DNA of 64,000 nt from a bacterium (GTDB taxonomy: Bacteria; Patescibacteriota; Dojkabacteria; SC72), in NCBI GenBank assembly GCA_022840695.1, contig JALHDC010000004.1, positions 22,907 through 86,906 of the forward strand. The letters are read 5' to 3'. The notes beneath the pieces are model-generated. The model had not been told where the DNA came from and ran no database searches. It saw nothing but the letters and a program-made list of their open reading frames with translations. This document shows positions 60,725 to 64,000 of the stretch, piece after piece. How positions within the stretch are numbered: position 1 is the first letter of the stretch; each line of letters opens with the position of its first letter. A program made the translations under genes and the position numbers.

Positions 60725-60945
60725 TCTTTGTGATATAATTACTTAACACTTAGACCCAGATATCACTGGCGAGTGGTGGAAAGAAAGTCATATGACGAGT
60801 AGAATCCAACGATTAGTAATCGAAATATTACCAAACCATATTAAGTGGTTAAGAACAAAATAGGGTGGTACCGCGTACTAATGTTCGCCCCTTTGTTAAG
60901 ATTAATATATACTGTATATTAGTTTTAACAGAGGGGTTTTTGTTT
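60725..60945 (+). promoter_or_regulatory. T-box riboswitch leader of ileS: T-box AGGGTGGTACCGCG (60862-60875), antiterminator A1/A2 helices, terminator CCCCTTTGTTAA/TTAACAGAGGGG + TTTTTGTTT
   Basis: Exact 14-nt T-box core. Bulge UGGUACC. 3' CGC-CCCT pairs with AGGG/GCG. Competing intrinsic terminator 60888..60945. Candidate Ile specifier codons AUC/AUU at ~60806-60816. Confidence 0.85.
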
Positions 60946-60968
60946 AATTAATATATGAAAGAAAAGAT

Positions 60969-63938
60969 ATGGGTAAATCTAAAATACCAGAAGTAAATCC
61001 TAGGCCAAATTTTAGTGGTATGGAAGATGGATTAATTGAATTTTGGAAGGAGAAAGATATTTTTAAAAAGAGTATTGAGAGTAGATCTACAGAAAGAAGA
61101 TTCTCCTTCGTAGATGGGCCTCCCTTTGTTACAGGTACTCCACACTATGCATCACTTCTTGTCTCAATACCTAAGGATATAATCCCAAGATATTGGACTA
61201 TGAAGGGATATAGGGTTAGGAGAGTTTGGGGTTGGGATTGTCATGGATTGCCTATTGAGGAAAGAGTGAGCAAAAATTTGAATGTAAAGGACAGGAGGGA
61301 TATAGAGGAGAGGATTGGGGTGGATGAGTATGTTGGTCAATGTAGAAATTATGTTGAGAAGGGTATTACAGATTGGAGATGGTATATCGAGAAAATAGGA
61401 AGATGGGTAGATTTGGATAATGCATATCGTACCATGGACCCAGAATTTAATGAGTCTGTAATTTGGGCATTTAAACAGATTTGGGATAAAGGGTATATAT
61501 ACAAAGGGAAGAGAGTCTCTTTGTATTCTACTGATGCATCTACACCAGTTTCTAATTTTGAAGTGACTATGGATGATACATATGAGGATGTTGAGGATAT
61601 TGCAATATTTGTTAAGTTTCAGTTAAAGAGTGATAGGTTTGATGAGTATACTAACGGGGAACCTGTTAAATTAGTAGCATGGACAACTACTGCATGGACC
61701 ATACCTGCTAATTTTGCTCTTGCTGTTAACAAAGACTTTGAATATTCAATTGTTAAATACAAAAATGAATATTTAGTGGTAGCTACAGATAGGTTGGAAT
61801 ATACATTTGGGGATGAAGAGTATGAAGTGGTAAAGAGTGTTATGGGGACAGAATTTGAAGAATTAGAATATGAACCAGCATACGATTTCTATGTAAATAC
61901 TGGAACTAAAAAGGATTGGCACGTATATCTTTCTGAGGATGTAACATCTGATGAAGGTACAGGAATACTGCATATAGCCCCTGGCTTTGGAGAAGTAGAT
62001 TTCAATATAGGTCAGAAGTTGGGTTTAAGTACTATAGTTCATATTGATGAAGCAGGAAATATGCTTGATGGAGATTGGAAAGGTATGTATATCAGAGATG
62101 CATCTCCAGTTATAACAGAAGATCTTGAAAAGAGTGCAAAGCTACTTAGATCTGAGAAGTATGTACACAGACTTCCTTTCTACAGAGGCTCTAATCCTCT
62201 CATATATATGACTCAAGATTCATATTTTATCGATATTCAGAAGATTAAGCCAAAGATGTTAGAGTTGCAAAAGAAGATCAACTGGGTACCAAGTACTTTC
62301 AAAAAGAGATTTGAATATGTTTTAGAAACATCTCCTGATTGGGCAATATCCAGAAATAGATATTGGGCAACAATAATGCCGGTTTGGGAGAGTGAAGATG
62401 GTGAGCAGTTAGTTGTTGGTGGAATAGAGGAGATGATGAAGTATACAGATCAAATTGAAAAAGTTGAAATTGAAAACGGTAAGTTTGAATACAGAGTGAA
62501 TGGCAAAAAGATGACTCTACATAGAGATGTATGTGATCAGATAGTTCTAAAGAAAGATGGAAAGGAATTTAGAAGAATTCCTGAGGTATTAGATTGTTGG
62601 ATGGATTCAGGAAGTGTTCCTTTTGCGGAACATCACTATCCTTTTGAAAATAAAGAGGCTTTTGAAGAGGCATTTCCTGCTGATTTCATAGTTGAATATA
62701 CAGGGCAGATAAGGGCATGGTTTAATGTTTTGTTTAGAATGTCTATCCTTCTCTTTGATGATATCCCATATAAAAATGTCGTTTGTACTGGGGTTATGTT
62801 TGGTAATGATGGAAGAAAGATGAGTAAATCATATCAAAACTACTCTGATCCTAAAGAAACACTTGAAGCTAAGGGAGGAGAAGCATTAAGGCTCTACATA
62901 ATGTCTACTCCAATCATGGCAGGAGGAGACATCTCTTGGTCAGATGAGCTATTGGATGAACAGATTAAGGATGTTTTAATTCCTCTTTGGAATACATATA
63001 GATACTTATCTTTATATGCAAATATACATTCATGGTCTCCTGAAAGTACAGAGTATACATCTAAGAATAATTTGGATAAATGGATAGAATCATACATGAA
63101 GAGTGTGACAATAGAGTACTCTAAAGCATTGGAAAGCTACAATATACCTGTTTCTGTTAAATTGATACAGCCATGTATAGATAATATCTCTCAGTGGTGG
63201 ATTCGAAGATCTAGGGATAGATTTGCAAATGGAGATCATGATGCTCTTCAAACATTGTATGCCACTATGGTTCTTTTCTCTAAGACATTTGCTCCTCAAA
63301 TGCCTTTCTTAACTGAAGAAATATACCAAAATCTTGTTGTAAAGGCAGGAATAAAGGATAGTGAAGAATCAGTTCACTTAGAAAAATATCCAGAATTTGA
63401 AGAAAAAGATATCAATAGAGAATTGTTAGAAAAAATGTCTCTCGCAAGACAGATTTGTTCAAATGGTCTTCAAGCTAGGGAAATATCAAAGATTAGTTTA
63501 AGACAACCTCTTTCCAAAGCATATATAGCGATGGATGATGAATATATTATGAGTGTTGTAAAAGAGGAATTAAATTTAAAAGAAGTACTGTTTTCTAAGG
63601 AAGTAAATGAAGAAGATGGACTGATAACTGTAGGGGAGAATGAATTGACTGTATCCTTGGATACTAATATGACAGAGGAATTAAAAAATGAAGGTACTAT
63701 AAATGATTTCCTTAGGAAGTATAGAGATCTAAGAAAAAAGAAAGGTCTAAGAATGGATGATAAGGTTTCAGTTACTTTCTCATTCGAAGGTGGAGATGTT
63801 AAGGATGTACTTAGTGAGTATGTTTTAGGCAATATGGATGTATTACAAGCTAAGGATGTAAAAATATCCGAAAAGATCCAAGAGGGTATAGGTGGGTTTT
63901 CTATTGCAAATACTAAAGTTTTGGTACTTTTTGAGTAA
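60969..63938 (+). CDS. ileS: isoleucyl-tRNA synthetase, eukaryote-like type 2
   Basis: 'GPPFVTGTPHYASLL' (type-2 IleRS HIGH-region variant), 'DWAISRNRYWATIMP', 'KMSKS' (GRKMSKSYQNY). 989 aa. Ile-type T-box upstream. Confidence 0.8.
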   Translation: MGKSKIPEVNPRPNFSGMEDGLIEFWKEKDIFKKSIESRSTERRFSFVDGPPFVTGTPHYASLLVSIPKDIIPRYWTMKGYRVRRVWGWDCHGLPIEERVSKNLNVKDRRDIEERIGVDEYVGQCRNYVEKGITDWRWYIEKIGRWVDLDNAYRTMDPEFNESVIWAFKQIWDKGYIYKGKRVSLYSTDASTPVSNFEVTMDDTYEDVEDIAIFVKFQLKSDRFDEYTNGEPVKLVAWTTTAWTIPANFALAVNKDFEYSIVKYKNEYLVVATDRLEYTFGDEEYEVVKSVMGTEFEELEYEPAYDFYVNTGTKKDWHVYLSEDVTSDEGTGILHIAPGFGEVDFNIGQKLGLSTIVHIDEAGNMLDGDWKGMYIRDASPVITEDLEKSAKLLRSEKYVHRLPFYRGSNPLIYMTQDSYFIDIQKIKPKMLELQKKINWVPSTFKKRFEYVLETSPDWAISRNRYWATIMPVWESEDGEQLVVGGIEEMMKYTDQIEKVEIENGKFEYRVNGKKMTLHRDVCDQIVLKKDGKEFRRIPEVLDCWMDSGSVPFAEHHYPFENKEAFEEAFPADFIVEYTGQIRAWFNVLFRMSILLFDDIPYKNVVCTGVMFGNDGRKMSKSYQNYSDPKETLEAKGGEALRLYIMSTPIMAGGDISWSDELLDEQIKDVLIPLWNTYRYLSLYANIHSWSPESTEYTSKNNLDKWIESYMKSVTIEYSKALESYNIPVSVKLIQPCIDNISQWWIRRSRDRFANGDHDALQTLYATMVLFSKTFAPQMPFLTEEIYQNLVVKAGIKDSEESVHLEKYPEFEEKDINRELLEKMSLARQICSNGLQAREISKISLRQPLSKAYIAMDDEYIMSVVKEELNLKEVLFSKEVNEEDGLITVGENELTVSLDTNMTEELKNEGTINDFLRKYRDLRKKKGLRMDDKVSVTFSFEGGDVKDVLSEYVLGNMDVLQAKDVKISEKIQEGIGGFSIANTKVLVLFE

Positions 63939-64000
63939 TTACTATAAGGTGTGTTTGTATATTGACATTCTAACTGGTTTTTACTAGAGTCATACTAAGC

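Noticed and set aside
1-64000. CRISPR arrays, rRNA genes, integrase/transposase/IS elements
   Set aside because: No regularly spaced direct repeats with unique spacers were seen. No rRNA-like conserved segments. No ORF with recognisable tyrosine or serine recombinase or DDE motifs. The only tandem repeats are intragenic (Gly tract, FN3/GLUG units, Zn-ribbon duplication) or the 17-bp pepF duplication.

Overview
The window is a low-GC (about one-third G+C by eye), gene-dense bacterial chromosomal segment. Bacterial-type recA-recX-recJ, enolase, a T-box leader and tRNAs carrying identity elements such as the U1-A72 pair in tRNA-Gln place it in Bacteria. Several genes have archaeal- or eukaryote-type homologues: Elp3, archaeal-type AspRS, eukaryote-like type-2 IleRS and a fused TsaC-TsaE. 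Together with the large FN3/GLUG surface proteins sharing a conserved C-terminal membrane-anchor module, this resembles genomes of the Candidate Phyla Radiation (CPR/Patescibacteria) or another reduced anaerobe (inference only). Housekeeping content includes ndk, dut, trxA, tsaCE-tsaD, eno, recA/recX/recJ, aspS, gltX, ileS, an ABC-F ATPase, mscL, rmuC, and six tRNAs (Lys, Asp, Leu, Val x2, Gln). Accessory content includes a vapBC pair and an LTXXQ (CpxP/Spy-like) gene directly upstream of an OmpR-type two-component system. Three imperfect ~190-bp direct repeats anchored on tRNA-Asp lie at about 30.2, 31.8 and 34.4 kb. They delimit two cargo segments: one with a Fic toxin-like gene; the other with an S51 peptidase, a truncated phosphoesterase-like ORF and a frameshifted, degenerate GGDEF-like gene. 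Other notable points are a pepF gene inactivated by a perfect 17-bp tandem duplication, a canonical T-box riboswitch in front of ileS, and a 26-bp perfect palindrome upstream of a DUF5320-DUF134-ArsR operon. A NlpC/P60 gene with no canonical start codon is missing from the ORF track. No CRISPR array, rRNA, integrase or transposase was recognised.
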